64,000 bases of DNA from Epiperipatus broadwayi (GCA_028023455.1 JAQFVV010000006.1:8494001-8558000), one strand, 5' to 3'; counted from the stretch's first letter, positions 51,372 through 64,000 are shown. Numbers and translations: made by a program. Notes: a model not told the origin generated them from the letters alone.

Positions 51372-51821
51372 GTGAGTAATGTTAGATTATGAGTCCCTGT
51401 TGAAAAGATTCCTTTACTAGTAATAAATTTTTGCAGCCTTAAATTAAATCTACGTTAGCTAATGTGACATTTCTACAACAGAACCAATCTAGATAAATAG
51501 TAATTAAACCAGCAGATCCTAGACGAAATTGCAAATAAGGATTCTATGGTTTCCTTACACTGATTTAACTATGCTCACTCAAATCAATGTTTCCTGTTAT
51601 GAAAACACTTAATTTCTCAGAAAGAATTCAAATTTGATATCTACACATTTAATCAAAGATTCCAAAATGAAGAAGAAAAGATATCACCATTAATGTTCAG
51701 TCCTATTGAGCATATTAACTTCAGACTAAAATAAAAAACAAGATAAAAATAAAACCAAAGAATTAAAAAAAAAAAAAGGAGTCTGAGTTGCTATGTATAG
51801 AATTAAAGGTAGCTACACAAT

Positions 51822-51933
51822 TATCCTATTGTTGCAGTTCATGTAGAGAGAGAACCAACCAATGGCATGAAGGCTCATATCCTATTGTTGCAGTTCATGT
51901 AGAGAGAGAACCAACCAATGGCATGAAGGCTCA
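51822..51933 (+). repeat. 56-bp tandem duplication
   Basis: Directly visible. Confidence 0.85.
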
Positions 51934-52189
51934 CAACAACCAGACTAACACCAAAGATAGTATGATAAAAGAACAGGAGAATGAGAAAAAAAACTAAGAG
52001 AAGAGACATAGAACCTATAAGATAAATATAAACAATCAAGTAACAGACAACTGTATGATGGTAGTATTTCTGATTCATCAATGTAACAAAACTAAAAATG
52101 AACTGACTAAATACTAGTGATTCAATAAAAGGAATGAAAGAATAAACAATCATTTCAGCCAGAGTAAATCTTATATCAGCAAAAAAAAA

Positions 52190-52790
52190 AATGCTAATGG
52201 ATTTATTGCTCAGGAAATGCACCAGAATCGATCCTGAGACCTCCCAATTCCAAGTTGGCTGTTCTACCAACTGCACCAAACGGTACAGGTTAAAAAAATA
52301 CTAACGACTTTATTTCTCGGAAATTCATAAGAAGTAATGACTTTATTTCTCGGAAATTCATAAGAAGTTTGAGCACCAGAATCAATCCTGAGACTCCCGA
52401 TTCCAAGTTGAATCTTCTACCAAATGCACCAAACTGTGCAGGTTAAAAAAATGCTAATGACTTTATTGTTCAGAAATTCACAAGAAGTTTGAGCATCGGA
52501 ACTGCAAGTGCCAGAATCGATCCTGAGACCTCCTGATTCCAAGTCGGATGCTCCACCAACTGCACCAAACTGTGCACATTAAAAAAATGCTAATGGCATT
52601 ATTGCTCAGGAAATTCATAAGAAGTTTGAGCACCAGAACTGCAAGCACCAGAATCAATCCTAAGATGATGTTCTATTGACTGTGCCACACTGTGCACAGC
52701 AAAGGCTCAGGAGTTCATAAAACGTTTGAGTGCCAGAATCGATCCTGGAACCTCTCGATCTCAAGTTGCATGCTCTACCAACTAACAGCG
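52190..52790 (-). repeat. Tandem array (about 5 units, 85-154 bp) of a tRNA-like module
   Basis: Reverse-complement unit TGGTGCAGTTGGTRGAGCA (A box/D arm), anticodon hairpin with loop CTTGGAA, AGGTC, CAGG-ATCGATT-CTGG; CCAGAATC recurs at 52222, 52376, 52511, 52648 and 52733. Confidence 0.7.
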
Positions 52791-53583
52791 CATTTAGTAC
52801 CTGCAAAAACTATAGTATATATGTGCATATAATATTTAAACCTATATCATTAGGAATACATGCAATCAATTAGATTAATGAATTTTATAGCCAACTTTAC
52901 TTGAAATTTACATATAAGATTATTAAACCATAGTTCAGTACAAAAACACAGCCCAGCCTCATTCGTTGTATACGCATTTTGAATATCGATTTCTTCTTGT
53001 CCTTTCCCTGTTCTTCAAATTCTATATACCTATGATTGATTAGATTGTACATATTCATGCTTTGAAAACAACCAAAACTATTTACAATACATAAATATAA
53101 ATAATGGAAGGATTGTTCTGATGTGTAAACCAAGCGGCTCATCTAATATAAATTACATTTAAAAAATAATGAAGATATAAATTATTACATATACAAATTC
53201 AATATATTTGTCTCCATTCTCTATGTTTAAACATCACATACACATGCACAATTTATCGTAAATGTATTCATGCTTCAAAAGTGAAAAAAAAAAAAATTGT
53301 ATTTATAATACGTAAAGGTTGGATTATTGCTCTGGTGAGGAAATCAAGTGTTTGAACCTCTGAATTGTCTAACAAAGTATATTTAACAACTAATAATATT
53401 AAATATTATTACGCATATTCATGTATGTGTGCATTTTTCGTATAGAGCTAAAAATGAAATATGATTGGTCTCTACCCTAAGCAATGTGTGTTTTAACATT
53501 GCCTAAATATTTTGAACCATATATACATATAATTGATCATATATATTCATGATTTGAATATAAAGATTAAGTATCATTCTGGT

Positions 53584-53993
53584 TTCGAAATCAGATATTC
53601 AAACCATTGGCTTATTTAATGAAAACAGTTGATATTCGAAGATACATGTGATGTGTTTTGGACAGCAGTCAATAATACTCTAATACACGTAACTTTAAAG
53701 TAAATGAAATTTCAAAAATCTGATTGGTTATATAAAATATATATAGACAAAAAAAAATATAAAGAAAATTATTAAGTCTGCATGCAATTCGAAATCAGAT
53801 ATTCAAACCATTGGCTTATTTAATGAAAACAGTCGATATTCGAAGATACATGTGATGTGTTTTGGACAGCAGTCAATAATACTCTAATACACGTAACTTT
53901 AAAGTAAATGAAATTTCAAAAATCTGATTGGTTATATAAAATATATATAGACAAAAAAAAATATAAAGAAAATTATTAAGTCTGCATGCAATT
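53584..53993 (+). repeat. 204-bp near-perfect tandem duplication
   Basis: Two copies; one visible mismatch. Confidence 0.9.
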
Positions 53994-54461
53994 AGTAAAT
54001 TAATTTAAAAATAATACACATAAACAGATATATTGCATTAAATTGTAAATTTTAAATATTACAGAGATCTTATTAATAATAACATTGAATGCCAAAATGA
54101 AGATTAATAACAAAAACAAAAGAGATACTAAATAAAACAAATCGGGAAAAACTTACAAATCACAAATATGATATATAAATTGCAAAGAAAGCTTATGTTG
54201 GAGAAAGTGACTCATCACAGTACATTTGAAAAGAACATTTTTAATCTACCAAAAAAGAACTGAAAACAGTAAGAGAGGACATGAAAAAAAAAAAAATCAA
54301 CAGCAGAGTTTGGAAGATAAAAAAAAAAAAGGAAAATACAGCAAACTCGAAATTTAGCCACCAAAACTAAACTAAGAAAAACAGTTAACAGTAGCTAAAA
54401 AATGTATCTTCACTATAAATAATTTAAAATTTATTTTATTAAAAAAAATTATGCAATTAAA

Positions 54462-54759
54462 AATAACTTCTTTCATATACCCTTCAATGCAAACAAATTT
54501 TCTTTAAAAATTCTTTATTTTCCTTACAGTTTCGACTGGTCAGCAGTCTTCATCAGAGCTTTTTCAAACCTCTTCTGACTTTAAAGCAGAGGAGATTTGA
54601 AAAAAGCTCTGAATAAGACTGCTGGACAGTCGAAACTGTAAGGAAAATAAAAAAAGTTTTTAAGAAAATTTGTTTGCATCGAAGTGTATATGAAAAAAGT
54701 TATTATAAGCAACATATATATGAAGATATGCAAAGAAAGTAAAAGAGAAGAATAAGAGT
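54462..54759. mobile_element. Palindromic PLE-derived mini-element with hammerhead cores and a 55-bp one-sided tail
   Basis: Arms span 54462-54704; minus arm reads CTGATGA-A-GACTG..CAGTC-GAAACTGTA; AATTAAAAATAA at 54455-54466 and 54760-54771. Confidence 0.75.
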
Positions 54760-55589
54760 AATTAAAAATAAAATGGTTTCCTTTAGACAGTTTGCTTTAC
54801 AAGTTATCAAAATGATTAGTTTCATATTTTGTCAATTTATTTACAGATTCCTAAGAATATAATAATTAATTAACCTATTAATAATGAATTCAATTGACAG
54901 TTCTGGAACTGAAATAATAAACTGCTAAGGAGATAGCAAACTAACATCCATGAAGATCGGGCATTGTCATGTGATCGTAGTATTTTACTATCTAGTTACT
55001 TTGTCTGCCTTTAGGCAGACACCTTAATATATTTATAATTTATGTAATATTCTCAAAATTAATAATATTTGTTAATGTGGCTCAGAGTGACAGGATAGGA
55101 CACACAATAATTTCATTCAACAGACCTTGTTTTTTATTTCAATTGGAATTGATGTAGAATTTCTAGCTTTTGAATCTGTAAATATTAAGCTAAATCATTC
55201 ACGTAGTTTACTTAGTAATTGTAGTAGTTAATAGAGTGGACTTACTGGTTGCAGCGATTAATAAATTGTAATTTAAATAAAAACAAAAAAATTTCTAAAA
55301 TTCATCAAAGTTTTAATAACGTTTATTAACTCAGTTTTGTATGTAAATGTAGATTTCCAATTTAATTTCCACTAAACCAAATCGTTATTTTAGTACAATT
55401 AGTATCATTAAAATTTATATGAAAAAAAAAACCCAGTAATTTTACTTTCTTTAGATATTTTTTAACATAAGGTACATCATAAAATTCAACAGTCTCATTG
55501 AATTATATGAGTATTTTATTCCTCTTTGACATTTTTAATCTCGGAAATATGTCTTTTTCCATATTCTCCTTTCATCATCAGTTTGTAAA

Positions 55590-56150
55590 AGCAATGCATC
55601 ATCATGGTAACCAAATGAATCTATCTTCAGCAATTCTTTTCATAATTGCTTGCGAATTACATCCAATATCAATGATTATATTTTTTAGATGTATTTTGCC
55701 TACCTGCTTTCTGGCTTCCTCAATTTTATAATATGCAATAATCTTTTTCCCATACAGAGTTCTCCCAATGTCTGACTATTAGACTTCTTTCCATCAAACA
55801 TGTTCTAGACAGTCTTCTATAAAGCCACATTTTCATAAATTCCAATCCTATTCTTTTCAGCTTTTCCAAAGACCAAATCAGTATACTCAAAATCAAGGTT
55901 CTTAAAAGGTAATCCTATTTTTGATATCAATATGTTTTTAGTATAAAATCTTTTTCTTCTGAAAAGTCCTTTGCTAGCCTTATTTTTCTTTTAATCTTAA
56001 CTAGATATCCATTGCTATCATTGATCATACAATCCAAATAACATACATCCTTAGCTTGCCCAAACTTGTATTATTTATTCATATATCCAACCATATTTGT
56101 ACTTCTTGTTTATACAAGATCATAATCTTACTTTTGTCAATTAATGTACT
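55590..56150 (-). mobile_element. Possible degraded LINE RT C-terminal fragment
   Basis: Weak residual YLG/YLD-type motif region only. Confidence 0.3.
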
Positions 56151-56249
56151 CAATTTAAAAATTCTCCAAAATCACAGCCAATATCTTATTTTATTTACTA
56201 TAAAATAATTTTTGTATGTTGTTTACAAAACCTATTTCTAAACAGACTT

Positions 56250-56625
56250 TTAAGATCCCTTCATCCATCCACTCTATCTCATACAATCAATACACATGAC
56301 AACACACACTGAAAAAGATAAATGATCTCCAATATATTGGATTTTGGGCTGAACTAGCACTCATCATTTGGTCCATATCATCACCTCCCACACACACACA
56401 TATATATATATATAATCCCACACACATATATAATCATTGCTTGGTTTATATTAAGATAGCAAATCTTTACACTTTAATGGACAGATTCTACTCCACTCTC
56501 CAACTCTTTAGCCACCCAGACCACTGAAAAGCTGATGATGGTAAGCTCAAATCCCTTGTTAATGCCAATATTACTACCATGCCCATGTTGACCTTAAGTC
56601 ACACTGACCCCTCATGTATAAGTCC
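56250..56625 (-). mobile_element. Decayed copy of the 475-bp retrozyme-like family with a (CA/TA)n insertion
   Basis: Reverse complement colinear with the array unit from TACATGAGGGGTCAG; degenerate hammerhead at about 56323-56380. Confidence 0.8.
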
Positions 56626-57539
56626 GTGTCCATGATAGAGTGGATAGCCAAAGGGAGCTTGAAAGTCTGTGTTCAAATCTCCTATAATTCAACTAGAACT
56701 TGTAAAGTATATTTTTATTCAAAATATGACAAAATCTATTTCTGTAATTGACTAAGAGATTTGCTAGTGCAGTTTTCTAACTATAAGTTTAAAAAAGAAT
56801 GTACTCCTTCAGTTTAAGAAAAAAAAAATCTATTTCTTTAATTGTTAATTGATATCGCTATTTTTGTCTTACTAAGATGTGGCAAATGTAAAATTTTAGG
56901 GTTTTAATTAAAAAAAGGCCAAACTTATATTCTCTTGCTTACATAGATAGATCTGGAATAAAATGATGAGTAAATTAATACTCTATAGTAGAGTGATTAT
57001 GAATGGATTGTGTTATTAGAGTGAGGTTAATGTTTTAGAGCAGAGGTGGGCAAAGTGAGGCTCGTGGACTAAATGTGATTCTTTGAACCCAATCTGGTGA
57101 CTCTTTTTATCACGATTAACCTAACATTTTTTATTTCCTCTTGTAATTTGTTAACAAATATTTTGATGCCTCTAGGAAAGGAAAAATGTATATTATAAAT
57201 GTTTTTTTGAATTCTGCCTTATTATAGAATAGTAATTATTATATAGGATGAATATTTAAATATTAGAAATCTGATAATAAATCAGACTGTCAAAGTAGTT
57301 TTTTTTATTATTTTTTAAGAGAATTTTTAGTTTCGTTAGGATGTATACAGATCCTATTACAAAAATAAATGTTCAAATATATCCAAAGCCACTCAGAAAT
57401 TACTATTTTTTCTTGAAATATTTCTCATATTTCCTTGCAGTTCTTTAATGGGGGAAGGGAGATAGATTCAAATAAAACAGATCTTCATGTTAAAAAGTTT
57501 ACCTATCCCTATTCTTGAGAAATGGAATGGTATATTGTT

Positions 57540-60420
57540 CTAGAATAGCTATGGAGAATGGATTACTACTCTAGAAAGACAAGAAGAATTGTTATATTAG
57601 AGTAGAAAGATGAAAATACTAATATTCTGGAGTGGTGGGGAGGAAATGATTATTGATATGGAGCACAATGGAGAATTGATTACTACTTCTTTAGAGTGAT
57701 GAGAGGGGATTACTGCTCTAAAATAAAATAATGAAAAACAAATTACTGCTTAAAAATAGTGGTGGAGAATAGAATACTGATTTAGAGTAGAATGGTAGAG
57801 AATGGATTGTTTTACATCGATGGAAAATGAGTTTATCCTAGAGTGATATAAAATAAATTATTGTATTAAAATGGAGGGTATTTTCTCTAGAGTAGATGAT
57901 GAGAGCAGATTATTATTTAAGATTACAGTAATTAAGAATGGATTGTACTCTAAAGTGGAATGATGGTGAGTGGATTGATCATATTGAGAGCAGAAAAGAG
58001 AATAGGCTAATGTTCTAGAGTGATGAAAAGTTTATTAAAGTGTATTACTACTGCTCTAGAGAAGAGTAATGGAGAATGGATAACTACTCTAGAATAAAAT
58101 GATAGAAAATAGATTGCTACTCTAGAAAGACGGAGGGGTATTTATGCTCAAGAATAGAGTGAAGAATGGACTTACTACCAGAGTAGTAGGATCAAAACTA
58201 CTCTAGAATAGAATGATGACAGTGGAATGCTATAATATAATTGGATAATAGAGAATGGATTACTGAATAAGAGCACAGTGGAGAGCAGATTAATGCTCTA
58301 GTTAGAGTGAGTGGATTATTACTAATAGATTAGTACTCAAGAGCAGCAAGAGAGAGTAGATTATTGATATGGAGTAAAATAATGGAAAATTGACTAATGC
58401 TTTACACTGATGGGAAATTAATTTGTGCTTTAGCGTGATAGAGAAGGAATTATTGTATTAAAATAGAGAGTAATGTTCTAGATTAAAACATTATTACTAA
58501 GATTTAGAAATAAGAAATGGATTACTACTCTAGAGTGATTGCTACTTTAGAGTAGCATGATGGAGAGTAAATTACTATTTTAGAATAATATGATGGAAAA
58601 TGGATGACTATACTAGAAGAGAATTATGGATGATGGATTGCTACTCTAAAGTGGAACGATGAATGTGGAATGATGAATGAATTACTGTATTAAAACAGAG
58701 TGGAGAACAGACTAATGAAGAGTGGATTACTATTTTAAAGAGAAGTGGTAGATAATGGATTACTACTCAAAAATGAAGTGGTAAAAAATGAGTTACTGAT
58801 GAGGAGTATTGAAAGATAATGAACCAGTAATACGAAGTAAAGTGATGAAGAATGAATTACTGCTTTACACTGATAGAGAATGAATTTATCCTCTAATGAT
58901 AAAGAGTAAATTACAGTAGTAAAGCTGAATGCTCTAGAGTAGAATGATGAGAGCAGATTACATCTTTAGAATAATGGAGAATGAAGTATTAATCTACAAT
59001 AAAGTGATGAAAAATGGATTACTGTTCAATATTAGGGTGATGGAGAATGGATTTACTATCTTAGGGTCAAGGAGAATAATTTCTTACTACTTTAGAATAG
59101 GATAGACAATAGATTAATGGATTGCTGCTCAGGATTAAAATGACAAAGTGGATTTTGGCTTTAGAGCAGACTGACGGAAAATGGATTTACTATTTTAGGG
59201 TGATGAAGAGCAGATTGTTTACTACTTTAGAATAATGGAAAATGGATTACTATATTACCTCAGAGGAGAGAATAGAACTAATGTTCTGGAGCATTAGTTC
59301 TGGAGCAGAAATTCTCAACCTGTAATACGAGTATCAATGGCAATATATAATGGACTTACAGATGATACGTGAATATTAAACTATTTTTGAACATTAAAAT
59401 AATTTAGCCAAACAAAGTAATATTGGTATAAATAATATATCCCCATTATATCAATTACTGTCTTTGTCAGTTCTTAGACAAAAATCTTCAAGCTTATTGC
59501 ACTCTAGGTCAAATGCCATTTTAGCATCATATTGCACAGTTGCCAATTATTTTTCACTTAAAGCTAAGTAACTTAAAATCCGATATTAAAAAAATTGTGT
59601 TTTGCAAAACAAACTCAAACTTTCTTATTAATTGTAATGAAGAGGCTTTTAAATAATATTTTGATTGCTTCTTTATATGTTTTTTTTTTAATGCAATAAT
59701 TTTGGAAAAACATGATGGCTACCCCACAATCATTCAAATAAAATAAAACATTGATGAGACATGAAGAAAAATAATAATCAAGGAACAAAATATATTAAAA
59801 CTTTATTTAATGTAACATGTTAAATAGTATATAATTTTTGAAATATAAATTAATGTTGTATATAATATTGAGTGAAATAAATACTTTTTTAAAAAATAAT
59901 TTTGAAAACGAAACTACTAATAATAGATATTTTGTTTCTAAATAAATTTAATTTTTATTATGGTAATTATTATTTGTCTACTTATTTCTTTTATTTTGAT
60001 GGCAAATTTTTTTTTATAAACGATGATGGTATGGGGAACTTTGGATATTCTTTCGGTGGAAACCAAAAGATTGTATACAGACAGATAGTAGACTATTGTA
60101 TTAGAGCTCTAATGAAAGAATTATCTTTAAGGCAGAATGATGGGAAAATGCATTAATAGTTTAGAATAAAGAATATGGGAAATGAATTACTGTTCATGAC
60201 AGAATGATGGAGAGTCGATTACTAATACAGAATAGAATAATCCGTGGATTACTGATTTACTACATTGAATACACCGGTTCTCATTCCATCACCACAGTTA
60301 AGCAATGTTAGGCTGGTAGTATTCAGTGATAAACAATGAAATTACACTCTGGAGTGATAGGGAATAAAATACTAAATTAAAGTAGAATGATGGAAAATGG
60401 ATTGCTAATCTAGAATAGCC
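57540..60420 (+). repeat. Old degenerate minisatellite (about 30-35-bp unit, consensus near GGAGAATGGATTACTACTCTAGAGTAGAATGAT), interrupted at about 59300-60100
   Basis: Recurrent GAGAATGGATTACT and CTCTAGAG motifs; the insert begins with hAT-TIR-like CAGAAATTCTCAACCTG. Confidence 0.75.
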
Positions 60421-60448
60421 TCATGATCATTGGATTAATGCTTTAGAA

Positions 60449-61900
60449 CAGAGTTTCTCAAATTTTTTGTCAACAAGGCAAAAAGTGTGGAACCTAAAAA
60501 TTTGAAAAGATTTTAAGAAATAAATGTTAAAATAGTATTCTGTATTCAGTGGAATCTTGGGTGATTCTGCTTCATAATACAGAGAATCTTTAAAATTTGG
60601 AACTATAGATGTCACATGTAATTGTAAGACAGCTCTAAATTATTATTGCTACTAAATAGAATGAATGAGATCATAGGACCATATTTTAAGCTTTTGCAAC
60701 TACAGTAGAACACTTGTTAAATATCAACCTAATATTTTGACAGTTCAACATTTTGAAATTTTGATTTCAATTTAAAAATCCATTGATATGCCTATTTGCG
60801 GTCTCATTTCTTCTTGAGAAAGATTATTTATGTTAATAAGTCTACAAATGAATTTTCAATTCAATGTAAGCTTTTACCTTCAGCTAGAAAATATGGAATT
60901 AATGCTTTGCAATAGATTAGATAAATGTTCTATAATTGAATCCTTTATATCTTGACTTAGGGAAATTTCATTTGATAGAAAAATTAGATTGTTTTTCAAA
61001 ATGCTATCTCCCCTACATTGCTAATCAGAGTTTTAGTTTACACTGAAGTAAATTCCGCCTTATGAAACATGTTACCTAAGTAACCTGCATTGCAAGATTG
61101 AACTTAGTTACATATGTAAAAATATATCAGACAGATATGCCCCTCCCCCCATCAACATTGAAGAAAGTTGAAAAAGTTGTTTGATAGACAGATGCCGACT
61201 TCTTCATGCAATTTAATAACCCCCCGATATCGCTGATAGTCTTTCATTATGAAAATCACAAAGGGTTCAACATTTGGGTATTTTCTTTTTATTCTTACAA
61301 AGAGACGCAGAGAAATTTCCTCAATCATAGTGGAAATTCTGTCGGGTTAAATTCTTAGGCAAAACTTCCATGGAATTTAATTTCTTTCCATAAATTAAAT
61401 CAATCTAATTAAATATTGCTCCTCCTATAGCATGACTCTCCAAAGGCTTGCAGAATAATAAATTTTTTTCAATGTTATTTTCGTAAATATAATGACTGAC
61501 TGCAAACAACATTGCTAAACCAGCCATGCCTGTTAATGCATCCATTTGAAAAGAGAAATTTGAGTTCATTTAACTCATCTTAATAGTTTAAATTTCATAA
61601 AAATATGACATTTTAGGAATGCACTTACAAATCGTATCATTGGAAAATACCATATCCTCCATATGTATGATACATTTTTTTTATATCCACTATGTAATCT
61701 CATCAAATATTTTTCATAGAGCTCCATTAACTTTTTGGAATAATATATCTTTATCGGCATTTTCTTGGCAGTAATTAACACTTTTCAGTTTTACGGCAAA
61801 AGAACCGAATGTAACTTTCTTTTTATTCAGTTTCAAACACCCCCTTTTAAAATATTCTGCAGTAAGATCTTTTAAATTAAAAGAATATCTCTGAGCACCA
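60449..61900 (-). mobile_element. Degraded hAT (Buster/Charlie-like) relic
   Basis: Minus-strand remnant YIYENNIEKNLLFCKPLESHAIGGAIFN and a YLSDIF..N..MQ-like segment; TIR-like CAGAGTTTCTCAAA at 60449. Confidence 0.65.
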
Positions 61901-62051
61901 TTTTAGCTTAGCTGGATTTAAGCTGCTATTTCTTAAAACTTTTCCACATTCAACATACATTCTTTTTGGTTCTTTTTTATTACCTGTTCTAGCAAATTAT
62001 AGACAATGAAAGTTTTCAGCATATATTTTACTTTGTCTGTCTTGTTTTTTT

Positions 62052-62455
62052 GGCTGCAGAAATAAATTTGATGTTAACTGAAATGATCTTTGATTCCTCT
62101 TGAAGGCCTTAAAAGAACAGAGCAGATCAGATCAAATTCCTAATGTCCACTGCATATGTTGTGGCTGTTATTACTATGTGATTATTCATGTAGTATACGA
62201 ACATGAATAATTACTATGTGATTATTCATGTAGTATACGAACATGAATGGGCTGCTCATCGACATGCATTAACTGAATTTCAAGAGATTGTAAAAGTCCT
62301 AGAAAAAAACTATATATGAGATAAATGGAATAAAATAAGGAAATGTGCTGGGGTCATGTGGAGAAAAGAGGCTAGAGATCTATCAGAGAACATGGATTGA
62401 ATTTGGACAAACCATCCTGTAGTGAGCCAATCATGGTTGAAAATGATGATGATAA
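62052..62455 (+). mobile_element. About 400-bp RTE derivative: HDV-ribozyme head fused to the RTE 3' tail
   Basis: 62052-62270 matches RTE 1152-1340; 62270-62455 matches RTE about 4270-4450; TGA tail; TCTTGTTTT at 62040-62048 and 62456-62464. Confidence 0.85.
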
Positions 62456-63073
62456 TCTTGTTTTAATAATACTTTTGAAGATACTATGGTCCAAATAAAA
62501 TAAACATCTCTTTCGTTATGTTTGGATTTTTGTCCATTTGCATTTGATGAATTACTGTTTTTGAAGTTCAAACATTTACTCATTGGGTATATAAACAGTC
62601 GATGATTAATTAGTAAAGTTTTATAAAAGTTACTTAAGCAAGAACTGTAAGAGGGTCACTATTTAATATCAATATATGAAAAGTTTTTAACAAGCACATC
62701 ATAATTAATTTTTGTTATTGCTGAAATGAAAAGCTCACATGCTTGAAAATGGTATGGTAAAAAATAAACAAACATTTAAATTCCAGATTATGGTTATCCA
62801 ACTTTAAGTGATCCAAAGGCCGTATTAAAAATATATATATATTTGTGGATCATATCCAAGTAATAAATACAGTTCATATATTAAATAACTGGGGAATATT
62901 TTACTGTGTAATGTAGTGTTGTTTTATATTGCATTCTTTAAACAATGACTAAACTTGACCGCATCCAAGTCATTAAACGCCACTTTTATTTTATATTTTT
63001 AATAATCAAATAGTCTGATTCCCATTAGTTTGCTATGCTACTTTTCATTTTTAATTTTCTCTTCTCTTATTAG

Positions 63074-63208
63074 GTACAGTTATTTGATATGTTTGTTAAA
63101 TTGCAACAGATTATTAAAAACAACATGGAAATAAATCGCAACACGCGTAGGAGCTCCAGTATTACAACTTCAATAACTGAAGACTATACTGAACTAATTG
63201 TGCACTAA
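63074..63208 (+). CDS. Candidate terminal coding exon of an unidentified host gene
   Basis: Long pyrimidine tract + TAG acceptor; open frame VQLFDMFVKLQQIIKNNMEINRNTRRSSSITTSITEDYTELIVH*. No homology recognised. Confidence 0.3.
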   Translation, partial: VQLFDMFVKLQQIIKNNMEINRNTRRSSSITTSITEDYTELIVH

Positions 63209-64000
63209 TCACACATATGGTCACCGTGAACATTTGAAATATGCATGGTGAATCAAAATAGTGCCAGGTTGCTTTGACCCATAGTATATTTGAAAAACAC
63301 ATGGGTTTACAAAGACAAAAAAAACACCAAATAATAATATCAACATCAAGATGGAATTAAAGTATCTAATAAGCATTAGAATCAAATTATTATTTTTTTC
63401 ATTCTAAAAACATCTTAAATCGATCACACAAATCCTCACGGTGGGTTGCATGTGCTCTGCGAGCCATGTTTTAGCTAGGTTTGTTTTAGATACAATATTA
63501 AAAACAAAGCGATATTTAACTTCATACAATATCTATAAGACATTTTATATTTTTACAAACCTTGTCTTTAAAATGCAGTATATAATTTTGTTCCCTTGTA
63601 TATGTATTGTGTCAATGTTGCAGATAAAAAATAGTATTCACAAGCAGTTAAAATTCTTATACAATTTTGTATGCCTATCAGCATTATAACTTTGCACATG
63701 GGTGGACAAATAATGGATAAAAATTTATATTATTTTAAAGATCAAGTTCACAAAAAGAAGGAACACTATATGCTTCCTATTTTATATGTATATATGGTTT
63801 ATTATAATTCTAAAATACGTTTTGCTTTCTTAATGAAAACCAATGAATGATCATTTACTGTACAACAAAAATATTTATAAAAATAAAGGACGATACTTGT
63901 TTATTTTTTTTCTCTATATTATTATTATCTTTTTGCAAATTTATGTCTTTATTTTACATTGATTTATCAAATTTAATACATATATTAGAAAGATAGTGAT

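Noticed and set aside
42081-60420. CRISPR-like arrays
   Set aside because: The repeats are head-to-tail duplications without unique spacers, and there are no cas genes.

Overview
This window is AT-rich, CpG-depleted eukaryotic DNA, most likely from an invertebrate animal; the species cannot be determined from the sequence alone. It is almost entirely transposon-derived. I cannot name any host gene, only a few candidate exons. The main elements are: (1) a full-length RTE LINE (1152-4451, 11-bp TSD) that begins exactly at the cleavage site of an HDV-like ribozyme, plus several RTE relics and a 400-bp ribozyme-head/RTE-tail mini-element; (2) a young Penelope-like element (RT + GIY-YIG, 9074-13168) with 1.38-kb inverted arms and a variant hammerhead; (3) at least four non-coding repeat families built around type I hammerhead ribozyme motifs (units of about 475, 364, 420 and 360 bp), including a 4.8-unit 475-bp tandem array (42081-44365) that looks like an animal retrozyme; (4) small palindromic hammerhead elements that copy the architecture of the Penelope insertion; (5) hAT (Buster/Charlie) and mariner relics, MITEs, tRNA-derived SINEs, a tRNA-like tandem array and a degenerate minisatellite. 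The most striking signal is the density of self-cleaving ribozyme motifs: about 25 hammerhead-like and 3 HDV-like in 64 kb. All structures were folded by eye and none has been tested. These element classes are already known in general; the specific families may be undescribed.
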